Shown here: piece after piece, positions 1-11,287 of the stretch
How the letters are laid out: each line of letters starts with the position of its first letter
How positions within the stretch are numbered: position 1 is the stretch's first letter
DNA from: Octopus vulgaris
Lineage: Eukaryota
DNA length: 64,000 nucleotides
Direction: 5' to 3'
Assembly: GCA_951406725.2 (NCBI GenBank)
Contig: OX597831.1
Location: 64,232,001-64,296,000, forward strand
Made by a program: the position numbers and the translations under genes
Notes under the pieces: model-generated
The model's database searches: none
What the model saw: only the letters and a program-made list of their open reading frames with translations
Told to the model about the DNA's origin: nothing

Positions 1-335
1 TACGTTCTGAGTTCAAATTCCGCCGAGGTCGACTTTGCCTTTCATCCTTTCGGGGTCGATTAAATAAGTACCAGTTACGCACTGGGGTCGATATAATCGA
101 CTTAATCTATTTATCTGTCCTTGTTTGTCCCCTCTGTGTTTAGCCCCTTGTGGGTAGTAAAGAAATAGGTATTTCGTCTGTCATTACGTTCTGAGTTCAA
201 ATTCCGCCGAGGTCGACTTTGCCTTTCGTCCTTTCGTAGTCGGTAAATTAAGTACCAGTTGCTTACTGAAGTCGATCTAATCGACTGGCCCCCTCTCTAA
301 AAATTTCAGGCTTTGAGTCTGGAATAGAAAAGATT
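1..335 (+). mobile_element. tRNA-derived SINE with Deu/Nin-like central domain (dimeric). Other copies at 8120-8545, 12101-12555, 13800-14190, 25752-25965, 31931-32160, 34890-35122, 45500-46250, 50997-51210, 55900-56105, 60780-61180
   Basis: B-box-like GAGTTCAAATTCC, conserved GCCTTTCATCCTTTCGGGGTCGATAAATTAAGTACCAG, tail GTAGTAAAGAAATA; several copies have 9-17 bp TSDs. Confidence 0.85.
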
Positions 336-989
336 CTTGTTCACTGTTCACCGCATTAAATCTCTCACACAAAGCATCTCAGTCTCGGCTTGTCGTTCAT
401 CATTCTATTTTGAAACCATTTTTCCCGACTGTATATTAGCTCAAATAGCTATCTACCCCCAACAATTTTAACCACAATACCACCATCACCAATACCAACG
501 TCACCACACATCCAAAATTCCTTGTCTATCACTCATACATTGCATTGCATCTAACCCCCAGCAACCACAACCTCGAGTGCAAACTATCTAGAACTGAACA
601 GTTCATATTTGACAATTTGTAGATGCATACCAATGCAACACTTAACCTTTCGATACCCCCAACTCGCCGCTTTAAGAAGACTACAAGCGAATGACCTCAT
701 CTAACTTCCTTTGTGCAAATGAAAAAAAATTCTGTCATCACCTGAGATACCTGTAATAAACCAGTGTATAGACACCTCGACTTGTATCTAGAAGTCATTT
801 GAACTGACAACAGCAACCTATCTAGCTTCACAACCAGAGTTAAAACTACCTTCACGGCAATCAACAGACTTCCCAAATCATCATAACTCCTAACAAGAAC
901 CAGTTACTAAAAGCTGATCCATCGTTTTGAGCATAAAGGATTCCTTCTACAAACTTTCCTGATTCCTCCTCCGCGATTATATTTTATAG

Positions 990-1230
990 TTCTTAAATCT
1001 GATAGAAAGAGGCAGGTTGGTGTGTTGGTGAGTGCTGGTTACGGTCAGCAAAAGAGTAAAGATTAGTGATGCATTTAGCTGGGTGACAGCAAGGTTGCAG
1101 GTACCGATGTAGCGAGGAATGTGTAGTTCAGACTGAATGGATATCTGTTATATTTGGTGATCTTAGGGCCGAGTCGATATAGTTATAGAATAACTTTATC
1201 TGAACACCTGACGTGTCCTATGAAGGTTAA
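990..1230 (-). mobile_element. Degenerate retroelement remnant, possibly the Penelope-like Cys-rich linker region
   Basis: Minus-strand reading PCCHPAKCITNLYSFADRNQHS resembles the Cys/His linker preceding GIY-YIG; its end recurs inverted at ~1995-2040. Confidence 0.3.
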
Positions 1231-1497
1231 GAGTAAGGATTTCAGAACACGAAAAGTCACGGAAAATCACGATAAAATCACATGAGAATCTCAGTAAACA
1301 AAAACAAGACATCAAGGGTAATGAGTATTACACATATCCAGGACATTATGATATAAAGAAACTTATCATTCAGCAACCCCAAACCCTTACGAATTCGACG
1401 TTGAAATCTGTGTAAGAATATGTGATATACATGTAATAATCATGTAACTGTCCCTTTAGAATTAATATAAACCGACTGGTTTACAGCGGAATTATTG

Positions 1498-1908
1498 GGG
1501 TCTTTTCGGTTTGAACGGCAGTTTTTAACATAATTTCTAGGTAACTAAAAAGTTTAAACTTCGTATACTGGTAGAATGTGTTTATAAAACATCTTTTCCT
1601 CTTGGCTTTATTGAGAAAATTCTATAGTTTGTAAGATATTTGTTGTTGTTTTTCTTCAATTTCTGCAATTTCAACCAATCACTGACATCTATTGAGGTAA
1701 ATAAAAGCATACTGTGCCGTATGAATATTCCCTCGTTTAAGAAACAGATTGGGTTTATTTACATTTGTGAAGAAAAAATATGCACTTCCCCCCACCCCTA
1801 ACTCTAAAATAGATTGAAATGCAATAGATCGATTCTAGGGTCATAATTATGGGTGACAATTTCATGTGACACCGCTAGAAAAAACTGCCGTTCAAACCGA
1901 AAAGATCC
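1498..1908 (+). mobile_element. MITE with GGATCTTTTCGGTTTGAACGGCAG TIRs, 8 bp TSD and internal CCCTAA repeats. Other copies at 14944-15364 (inverted), 24791-25206, 60338-60764
   Basis: ~29 bp TIRs; TSDs aattattg/aattagtg and tctttacg/tctttatg. Confidence 0.88.
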
Positions 1909-2729
1909 AATTAGTGTAAGATCAGTTGAGGCTTTTAATGAATGTTTTTTCTCGTCTTCACCCTATATCCGTCCCTCACATCTTCCATCTCATCACACCA
2001 AACACACCAGCCTGCCTCTTTCTGTCAGATTTAAGAACCATAATTAGTCCGTAGTTGTTTTTGTAAACAAGCTTTCATGTGCTCTCACTGTGTACCGGTT
2101 ATAAGACTTTAGCTGCAGCATGACGTCATGGTCGTATCGGCTGTCTTTTGTCTTACGTTTTTTCATTGGTTGATTTTACTGTCCATACATCGATTCTTAT
2201 CTTCGTGAAAAGTTTCTTTTCCATGGAGAAAAGTTCTTAGAATCGGGTTTACGGCAGTTATATAAAAGCCCTGAGTTTTGGAAAATTATTCAGTGACACT
2301 CGGTTGCCTCATTTTGACAATGCTATTTTGCATTGTTCATCATTCATGACATTTTGTCATGCTTTTCTCAACCTGTTTAGAGTAGTTTTAAGGAACTAGC
2401 TAAGAAATGTTTTTCCTGCCATCATTCTAGCGACTGAAACCCTTTTAAAACGCGTTTTAAAGACAAACAAGTTACCTCCCATCTGCCAGAGTTACTGCCC
2501 TTCAAAAATAATTTTCTTTACTTTCTACTTACAAATGATCTCCGTTTCTCTTTTTATTTTTCAAGATATTTGTGAAAACATTTTGTTTCACACCGCCAGC
2601 ACATCCAAATATATATACATCATTGTTTCTTAAATTTATAGTGGAAGTATCGCAGCAGATATAATAATAGCGAAATAGTGACTGAAATATTGCTGCAATT
2701 AACAGAGCGTTTATATATAAGGTACAAAG

Positions 2730-2929
2730 GGCGATCCTTCGGTATAGGTACCTTACGTACAGGAAGTGGCTTTGTTTACATTTCTGAAAATAACAGAAAC
2801 CCTTTTCTCCCACCCCTAACCCTAACACAAACCCTAACCATAACCATACCCACCCCCCCATATATATAATAAAAAAACACTTTCTTGAAATGTGTCCGGG
2901 ACTTCTGGTACCTATACCGAAGTTACGCC
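2730..2929. mobile_element. 200 bp MITE with GG-ended TIRs, perfect 9 bp TSD and CCCTAA repeats
   Basis: TIR core CTTCGGTATAGGTACC / GGTACCTATACCGAAG; ggtacaaag on both sides. Confidence 0.88.
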
Positions 2930-3532
2930 GGTACAAAGATTCGTGTTGTTGACGAACCTTTGGAATGGGAGATATTGCAGCAGTCTACACTCATAAGAAC
3001 ACTTTCGTATCCTTCATTCATATTATGCATACCTGCGCGTGCATCAGTGTTGTGTGTGTGTGCGTGAGTGCGCGGTTGCGTGAGTATATGTGTTAGCGGG
3101 AATTACTGAGATATAACGAAAATATTTCTATAACCTATTCGAGGGTAGGTAACTCTAAAATATATGTTTAAAGGGGAATAACTTTGTGTAGTTGACATAT
3201 GTCTATATATTATATGACTATTTATTATCCAGTGTGTTCATAGATTATTTTTGCAAACTTGTACACTTCCTTGTATTGTATCGTCTGGAAGTGTTTCGCT
3301 GTTTTCAATAAAACTTCCTTTGTTTGCCAATAAACATTGCGGAGTTATCCGTATTTTTCATTCTTTTCTGAATTTTTCAAAGTGTAAAGGCAACTTTATT
3401 GAATACCCATTATAGCGATCCACTGGCGCAAGATATGTGCGTGTGTGCGTGTGTGTGCATTTATGAGCATATATCTGTGCGATTTTTTTTCCTCCGTCTT
3501 CCCTTCTTTAGATCTTTCCTTTTCCTATGTTT

Positions 3533-3562
3533 CTGACGAAGAGCTCCGCTCGAAACGTTAAA
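3533..3562 (+). ncRNA. Minimal type I hammerhead ribozyme motif in a Penelope-like terminal repeat
   Basis: CTGACGA-A-GAGC-tcc-GCTC-GAAA-CGT-T. Canonical CUGANGA and GAAA core, 4-bp stem II, palindromic ACGT stem III, short ttt/aaa stem I. Matches the minimal hammerheads known from Penelope-like elements. Confidence 0.6.
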
Positions 3563-4201
3563 TACATCTGTCTGTTTTGTACACCACCTGTCTTCGTCTT
3601 TTGTTTTTTTCGTAAACTCTCCCTATACATATATTTACATATACAACAGGCTTTCATACACCTTTCATCCACCGATTCCACTCACAAAGTATCAGCTGGC
3701 CTGGAGCTACAGTAAATGACATCAACCCAAAGCGTTATGCAATGGGACTGAACTCAAAACCATGTGGTTATGGAGCAAACTGCTTAACCAGAGAACTTTA
3801 CCTGTCCAGTAATTAGACACGCACACAAACACGCAAATGTATCAATTTTATTAAGCTAATCAATGAGTACAAGCTATAAGATATGACAATAAATCAAAGA
3901 CCAACTATTTTATAGATCACATTTCTGAAAATCCATAAATATCCATAGAGTTTATATAATTATTCACAAGGTAGATGGATTGATTAGGTCATTTCATTAC
4001 ATAAACTTAGATTTGATCTCAAGAGTGTTGCTATATCATGATATAGTACAAGCAACTATTGATTTCTGAAGTTTCATTATACTGATACAATCAATTGTCC
4101 ACTCTTCAGGGTTTTGTATAAAATCCATTTTCTCAACAATTGTAAAACTATATAACAACACAACTTTCTTACTCCTTTCTCTTTGTGAATAATTATATAT
4201 A
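3561..4201 (+). repeat. 641 bp direct duplication, identical to 7461-8101
   Basis: Line-by-line identity at an offset of exactly 3900 bp; followed by 4200-4291, which copies 5358-5449. Confidence 0.95.
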
Positions 4202-4373
4202 GGATGCACCGGATATCTATATGGTGTTAGCCATACGACAAGTGGGGTGATTATAAATAGGAAAAAAGCAACAAGAATGGATTAAAATCTCCTGGGCGTC
4301 CAATAACATTATACTTGTTCCACATCCTCGCGTTGTTGTGTTTTCTCTTTGCGTTTTCATGTTTGGATTAACT

Positions 4374-4451
<78 letters not shown>

Positions 4452-4454
4452 GTC

Positions 4455-4660
4455 GCCATGATAGATCGTTAGCCACTACACACATTTTTTTCTCTCCTTG
4501 TATCTCTCCGTGTTTTTTCTGTGTCACTTTCTGTAGAAGAGCATAGGCTCGAAACGTAAAAGACTTTTTCTATTCCTGAGCGTTATACTAATACATCTGT
4601 TTGTTTTGTACACCACCTGTCTTCGTATTTTGTTTTTTTTCGTAAGCTCTCCCTATATAT
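4455..4660 (+). mobile_element. Penelope-like element terminal repeat next to (TA)n; related copies at ~4900-5075, 7200-7530, 42670-42830; sister family at 3480-3560 plus 4291-4372
   Basis: Shared architecture: pyrimidine tract, CTGTNGA-AGAGC..GCTC-GAAAC hammerhead-like motif, cctgagcgt, and a T-rich tail ending in (TA)n. Confidence 0.6.
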
Positions 4661-5089
4661 ATATATATATATATAGGGAGAGAGAGGGGGAGAGAGAGAG
4701 AGAGAGAAGGTGTATGGTGGTATATAACCCTTGTTTTTGCTACATGAAGCACTTCTACAAATATCAGCTGTCTGGAAATTGACGAGTGGAAAGCTTTTTC
4801 ATGCTACGACTCAACTTGTCTGAAAATGCACAAAACATCCATATAGTATGTATCATAACAAATACTGAAGAATAGTTTTAGCAAATTCTTAAAATATTCA
4901 TATTTTTCTCTCTCCGTATTCTTTTTTTCATTCTCACTCCAGTTTTTCCACTTCACCCTTTCTGTGAAAGAGCGTAGGCTCAAAAACTCAAAGACTTTTC
5001 CATTCTTCCCGAGCATCACACTAATACACCTGCTTGTGGTTCCCTCACCTGTCTTTGTGTTTTGTTTGAACTGTATGTGTGTATTTGTA

Positions 5090-5242
<153 letters not shown>

Positions 5243-5420
5243 ATATGTATATGTATATGTATATGTATATATGTGTATATGTATATATATATATATACAG
5301 TTAAGTAATTGAGATTCTAGTGAATTCTAAAGAATTCACATGAATATGGTCCTTAACTAGGATGCACCGGATATCTATATGGTGTTAGCCATACGACAAG
5401 TGGGGGTGATTATAAATAGG

Positions 5421-5574
5421 AAAAAGCAACAAGAATGGATTAAAATCTCGGTACGATCGTTTCGTACGAGGACATCTTTAATAAGCTACAAAAAATGCAT
5501 TTTTTGTAGCTTATTAAAGATGTCCTCGTACGAAACGATCGTACCGAGATTTTAATCCATTCTTGTTGCTTTTT
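5421..5574. repeat. Perfect 154 bp palindrome with no spacer
   Basis: Arms are exact reverse complements about the centre 5497/5498 (aaaaaatg|catttttt); extends to 5416-5580 with one homopolymer indel. Confidence 0.95.
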
Positions 5575-5882
5575 TCCTATATATATATACATATATATAT
5601 ATATACATATATATATATACATAACTTATCTCTATATCCTACATGTACTTTATATATATATATGTATCGTGGCCGATGCCAGACCCCTCTGGCACCTGTG
5701 CAGGTGGCACGTAAAAAACACCCACTACACTCGCGGAGTGGTTGGTGTTAGGAAAGGCATCCAGCTGTAGAAACACTGCCAGACTAGACTGGAGCCTGGG
5801 GCAGTCCCGAGCTCCCCAGACCCCGGTCGAAACCGTCCAACCCGTGCTAGCGCGGAAAACGGATGTTAAACGATGATGATGA

Positions 5883-5936
<54 letters not shown>

Positions 5937-5937
5937 G

Positions 5938-5982
<45 letters not shown>

Positions 5983-6003
5983 GTATATGTATATATGTGT
6001 ATA

Positions 6004-6064
<61 letters not shown>

Positions 6065-9000
6065 GCATGTATATATATAAGGTCCTTGTAGAGTATAAAG
6101 ATAGGGTATTTCCAAAGAAGCACTCAGCTCAGTACTTGGCCAATCACCAATCAACACTGTCAGGTTCCATACTAATACTAAAATTCTTCAAGTGTAGACA
6201 ATCCTGGTTTCACAATGGTGAAACTATTGTGTGGATTTTTGTTTCCTCTTGATATAAGCAAAAGACAAAATCTGGAAGATGCACCTTTGACACAAGTCTG
6301 ATAAAGTGCCACTCAAAAAAGTGTGTGTGTGTGTGTGTGTGTGTGTTATCAAACATCAAACAATGTAAATTCTTGATTTCTTAAAATTATCTCCACCTCG
6401 AGAGGAAGTATCATAATTACCAAATGGTAATTAAGATCATCTCCAAATTTTTTCCAAAGTTACATGCCATAACGGTAAAGGATGGGCTTATAGTGAGAAG
6501 GTAAGAGAACAGCTGTGAACACATGTTTCTGGGTCAATAGACATCATCAGAACAGCAATTGTCTGACCTTATCTTCAGTAGCAAAAGGATAGACTGTTTT
6601 TGTTAGAGGTATCTTTCAGATTTGAAATTTTCCAGTTCCCCACATTGCTTCACAATCAATGTTTTCCCCAGTGGTGGCAGTTTCTGGATGCCCAGACATT
6701 GGGTCATCTTTAAGACTCTTCCTTCCCAATGCTTTTCCTATTGGCAACCCCTACCTGCTTCTTAGGTCTTTGGAAAAGTACAAGGACCAGTTGTAAGGTC
6801 AACTTATATCACTGTGTCACTAAGGCAGTAACAAGTAAAACCACAGGAGGCACACACACACACACACTTAAATGGATCTGACCATAACTATTCAGTTGTC
6901 TGAAAAACATTGAATTAGTTCTGTAAGTAGCAAAGTGCTTCCCAGATATGTACATTCAATGTAATACTCTGATGGAATCAGTGTGACATTGTGACAAAGG
7001 CTGGACCTTTGAATTACAGACAATCCATTCGAGACTCCAATCCAATTTCACTTACAAGGTATGAATTGACCAGAGGTAATGAAAAATTATACTTAACCAA
7101 GATACTGTGCAACAGAATCGAAACCAGGACCCAATAATTGCATTGCAAATGCCTTAAATACTCAGCCACATTACTCCTATGTACACACATGTATACATAC
7201 ACCTACACATACATACACGCACACGTCTAGACCACCAGCCCTCTTTCACACGCACATACATACTCTCTTATACACACATGTACCTTCGTGTTGGGGGTCA
7301 TCTTTACTTTATCTCCCCTACTTTCCTTCTCATGTGTGACCCTTCTGTCCGAGTTAGATGCCATGGTAGATTGTTAGCCACTACACACATTTTTTTTCTC
7401 TCCTTGTTTTTTTCTGTGTTCCTTTCTGTAGAAGAGTGTAGGCTCGAAACGTAAAAGACTAATACATCTGTCTGTTTTGTACACCACCTGTCTTCGTCTT
7501 TTGTTTTTTTCGTAAACTCTCCCTATACATATATTTACATATACAACAGGCTTTCATACACCTTTCATCCACCGATTCCACTCACAAAGTATCAGCTGGC
7601 CTGGAGCTACAGTAAATGACATCAACCCAAAGCGTTATGCAATGGGACTGAACTCAAAACCATGTGGTTATGGAGCAAACTGCTTAACCAGAGAACTTTA
7701 CCTGTCCAGTAATTAGACACGCACACAAACACGCAAATGTATCAATTTTATTAAGCTAATCAATGAGTACAAGCTATAAGATATGACAATAAATCAAAGA
7801 CCAACTATTTTATAGATCACATTTCTGAAAATCCATAAATATCCATAGAGTTTATATAATTATTCACAAGGTAGATGGATTGATTAGGTCATTTCATTAC
7901 ATAAACTTAGATTTGATCTCAAGAGTGTTGCTATATCATGATATAGTACAAGCAACTATTGATTTCTGAAGTTTCATTATACTGATACAATCAATTGTCC
8001 ACTCTTCAGGGTTTTGTATAAAATCCATTTTCTCAACAATTGTAAAACTATATAACAACACAACTTTCTTACTCCTTTCTCTTTGTGAATAATTATATAT
8101 ATATATATAATAAAGTCAGTAAGCTGCTGGATCATTAACATGCTGGACAAAATGCTTAGCAGCATTTTTTCTGGCTTTACATTCTGAGTTCAAATGTCAC
8201 CAAGGTTGATTTTGCATCTTAAAATAAGAACCAGATAAGGTGAGCTGGCAGCAACATTAGCACACCGGGCGAAATCCTTAGCGGTATTTCATCTGCCGTT
8301 ATGTTCTCAGTTCAAATTCCCCGAGGTCGACTTTGCCTTTCATCCTTTCGGGGTCGATAAATTAAGTACCAGTTACACACTGGGGTCGATGTAATCGACT
8401 GAATCCGTTTGTCTGTCCTTGTTTGTCCCCTCTATGTTTAGCCCCTTGTGGGTAATAAAGAAATAAGACGAGCACTGGTAACGACCTAATCACCTAGCTC
8501 TTCCCTATAAAATTTCAGACCTTGTGTCAATATCAGAAAGAATATGTGTTTTTATGCTTGTTTTAACTTTAAAAACCTGTATTTCTAGTAATGGCATTTC
8601 TATTAATTTAAAAATGTCAGTTGTTTGAAACAATGATGCAAAGTTCATTTTCTGTGTGAAGCATCTGTTTTTAAATGTAATATTTTTGATGTTGAGAAGA
8701 TAACAATGATATTTTTGGAGTCTGGTACAGCCCCTCATCTTACAAGCCCTGGTCGAACTGTCCACCCATGCCAACATGGACAGCAGATGTTAAGAGATGA
8801 TGATAGTGATGATGTTGTTATTTTTCCTGTAAAATCATGTATTCTTCTGGATCAGACCAATCTCCTGTAAAAGGGTCTGCCTAGGATGATTTCAATATAA
8901 TTTGGAATAGTTGGAGGTCTGAGGTCAGGTGGTGAAGAATTTTTCTTTGTAACATGAATGTTGTGAGTAGTTTTATACATATACACATACACACACATTT

Positions 9001-9801
9001 AATGGGCTTTTTTCAGTTTCTGTCTACAAGATCCACTCACAAAGCTTTGGTCAGCCTAGGGAATAGAGGATACTAACCCAAAGTACCACACAGCAAGACT
9101 GAACCCATGGTTGGCAAATGAGCTTCTTAATCACACAGACACACAGCTTTCTACAAATGTGTTTCATTTTAAGCACAGCCTGCACTTTAGAATATCCTTT
9201 CATCAGATACTCTTTTACTTGTTTCAGTCATTCGGCAAAAGAGACCGATAGAATAAGTACTAGGCTTACAAAGAATAAGTCCTGGGAGTCGATTTGCTCG
9301 ACTAAAGGCGGTGCTCCAGCATGGCCACAGTCAAATGACTGAAACAAGTAAAAGAGTAAAAGAGTAATAGATACACACATTTTACTTATACACAGACACA
9401 CATAAAATGCATACATACATTGATTGTCACTTTTATATGTTAGGAAGAGGGGGCAGAGCCTGACTCTCCCAGGTTGATGACTTTGATGCGGCTGATGTTT
9501 AGTTTGAATATTTACTCTGTAAGAAAGACATGGGTGGAGAAGAAAGCAAGGTCCGATTCGAAAGCCTGCAACAAAGTGAACTCTGCTAAAGCAACAATGA
9601 GTAGATGAAGATATGTAATATTAATATTTGAATTTCCACGAGTATTTTACGCTTATAATTTTTATTAGCGCGCAAGAGAGTGCACCCACACACCCACACG
9701 TGTGTATATTATATATGTAAACCAATACCAAGTTTATAGCTTTTAAACTGTATGCATGATACCAGACTGATATCAATCAATATTACATGGTTTCAAATAC
9801 A

Positions 9802-10070
9802 GGTACTACTAGCGAACAGTGGTCCAGGTGCGCGCACTCGCGCTAGCTAGTCTTAAGTAGTCGATCCTACAACGATTTTTTAACCTTAACCCTAACCTTT
9901 GTTTATAAAAAATAATCTATTTACTTAGTTTAAAAAATTATTTACTTTGCGTTTTATTTACTTTGTTAGAAAAATATTATTTAATTTTCTTTGATATGTA
10001 TTCGGCCTTGAAATACAAACACGCGCATGTGCGAGTGCGCGCACCAGGACCACTGTTCGCTAGTAGTACC
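9802..10070. mobile_element. MITE immediately downstream of FRG1
   Basis: TIR GGTACTACTAGCGAACAGTGGTCC; perfect 9 bp TSD tcaaataca; internal aaccttaaccctaacc. Confidence 0.92.
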
Positions 10071-10198
10071 TCAAATACATATGACATTTGTACAGTGAAA
10101 TATAAGAAATAAAAAGATAAAGTATCTAATGTGACAACAAATTTTGTTTAATGGGTTTTCTGGGTTTTTTTTTAATCAAATAAAAATGACAAAACTGT

Positions 10199-10975
10199 TT
10201 ATTTACAATACCGATCGGATTTCATTTTTTCGCGTCGGTCCAACAGATTTCCATGCAAAGTTCCATCTTTTTTAGCTTTCTTTAGCACTTTAACATCATC
10301 TTTACTCACTCGTAGTCTTCGGTCTTGGAAACTTTGAAACTTCTTCACGTAGTTGATTTCGGCTTGTCTAACAGAAGCCCGTTCTTCAACGGGTATATCA
10401 GCTTTGGGGTCTGGTGTATTATCAGTGCAAGATTTCAGGCGGACCATTTCGCTTGGGCCAGCTTTCGATTTAATACAAGTTATGTTACCGTCCTCATCGG
10501 AGGAGAGAAAACAACCATTGGGCCCACAAATTGCAGTTTTCCCTTCTTGAAAAACCGGTTCCCATTGTTCTCGTTCACCAATAGCATCGGACCGACCCAC
10601 CACTTCACCAGACTTTTCCACGCTCAGATATTTCCCGTATCCGGATTTAAGCGCGATTTTCGTCTCATTCACTTTAATAGCCGTAATGATCTCCGTGGGG
10701 TCGGGTGGTTCCTGTTCGTCGTGTTCGGGTCCCAGTTCAAAAAGCCCGTTGTCCAAGCTATTAATGTAATGTGATGGCTTCATTTCGACAGCAATGGGTC
10801 CGGTTAGATCATCGATAGACGATACACTCCACCATCCACTGCGATCGGTATCTACAGGGGTACTTTCTTCGGGACCAGAAATAGCATCATGTTTTCTCTT
10901 TTTATGCTTTTTGTGCTTCTTTTGACCCTTCACTTTTAACCGTCCACCTTTCACAAACGAATATGAATCAGCCAT
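10199..10975 (-). CDS. FRG1: FRG1 (FSHD region gene 1) protein, 258 aa, single-exon CDS
   Basis: Uninterrupted ATG-TAA ORF. It has the N-terminal basic NLS (KGQKKHKKHKKRK), GWW, the fascin-like domain motifs IALKSGYGKYL and SDAIGEREQWEPVFQEGK, EINYVKKFQSFQD, and the C-terminal LLDRREKMKSDRYCK, all characteristic of FRG1. Confidence 0.97.
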   Translation of the reverse strand: MADSYSFVKGGRLKVKGQKKHKKHKKRKHDAISGPEESTPVDTDRSGWWSVSSIDDLTGPIAVEMKPSHYINSLDNGLFELGPEHDEQEPPDPTEIITAIKVNETKIALKSGYGKYLSVEKSGEVVGRSDAIGEREQWEPVFQEGKTAICGPNGCFLSSDEDGNITCIKSKAGPSEMVRLKSCTDNTPDPKADIPVEERASVRQAEINYVKKFQSFQDRRLRVSKDDVKVLKKAKKDGTLHGNLLDRREKMKSDRYCK

Positions 10976-11099
10976 GCTATTATATATCCAAGCTGTTTTT
11001 CAGCTGATACAGAAAATATTATAAATATAAATTGATGATTTGTATTTCTTAGGTGTCAATAAAATTGAATTAATACAAATTTTCAAAAATTAATGCCGA

Positions 11100-11215
11100 A
11101 CTATTCGCATGGTTTCAAGGAATCCGAGTGTTTATGTTTCGAACAGGAAGTTTGTTCTTGATGGAACTCTGGGTAGAAGTTCACTTCCGTAAAACTTGAC
11201 CTCTGACAATGTCTT
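11100..11215 (-). promoter_or_regulatory. Probable FRG1 proximal promoter with ETS-like motifs
   Basis: Unique, CpG-retaining sequence 130-240 bp upstream of the ATG, containing CAGGAAGT (~11144) and ACTTCCGT (~11183). Position and motif evidence only. Confidence 0.35.
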
Positions 11216-11287
11216 TTAATAATTCTTTATACTAATTGTTACTGTAAAGAAATATAATAAGAAACATATAAACAACCGACAAATATA

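Noticed and set aside
6400-6840. Possible LINE endonuclease remnant on the minus strand
   Set aside because: Only a vague resemblance; no motif could be read with confidence.
10325-10774. 149 aa plus-strand ORF overlapping FRG1
   Set aside because: Antisense shadow of the real CDS, with a non-ATG start and no recognisable motif.
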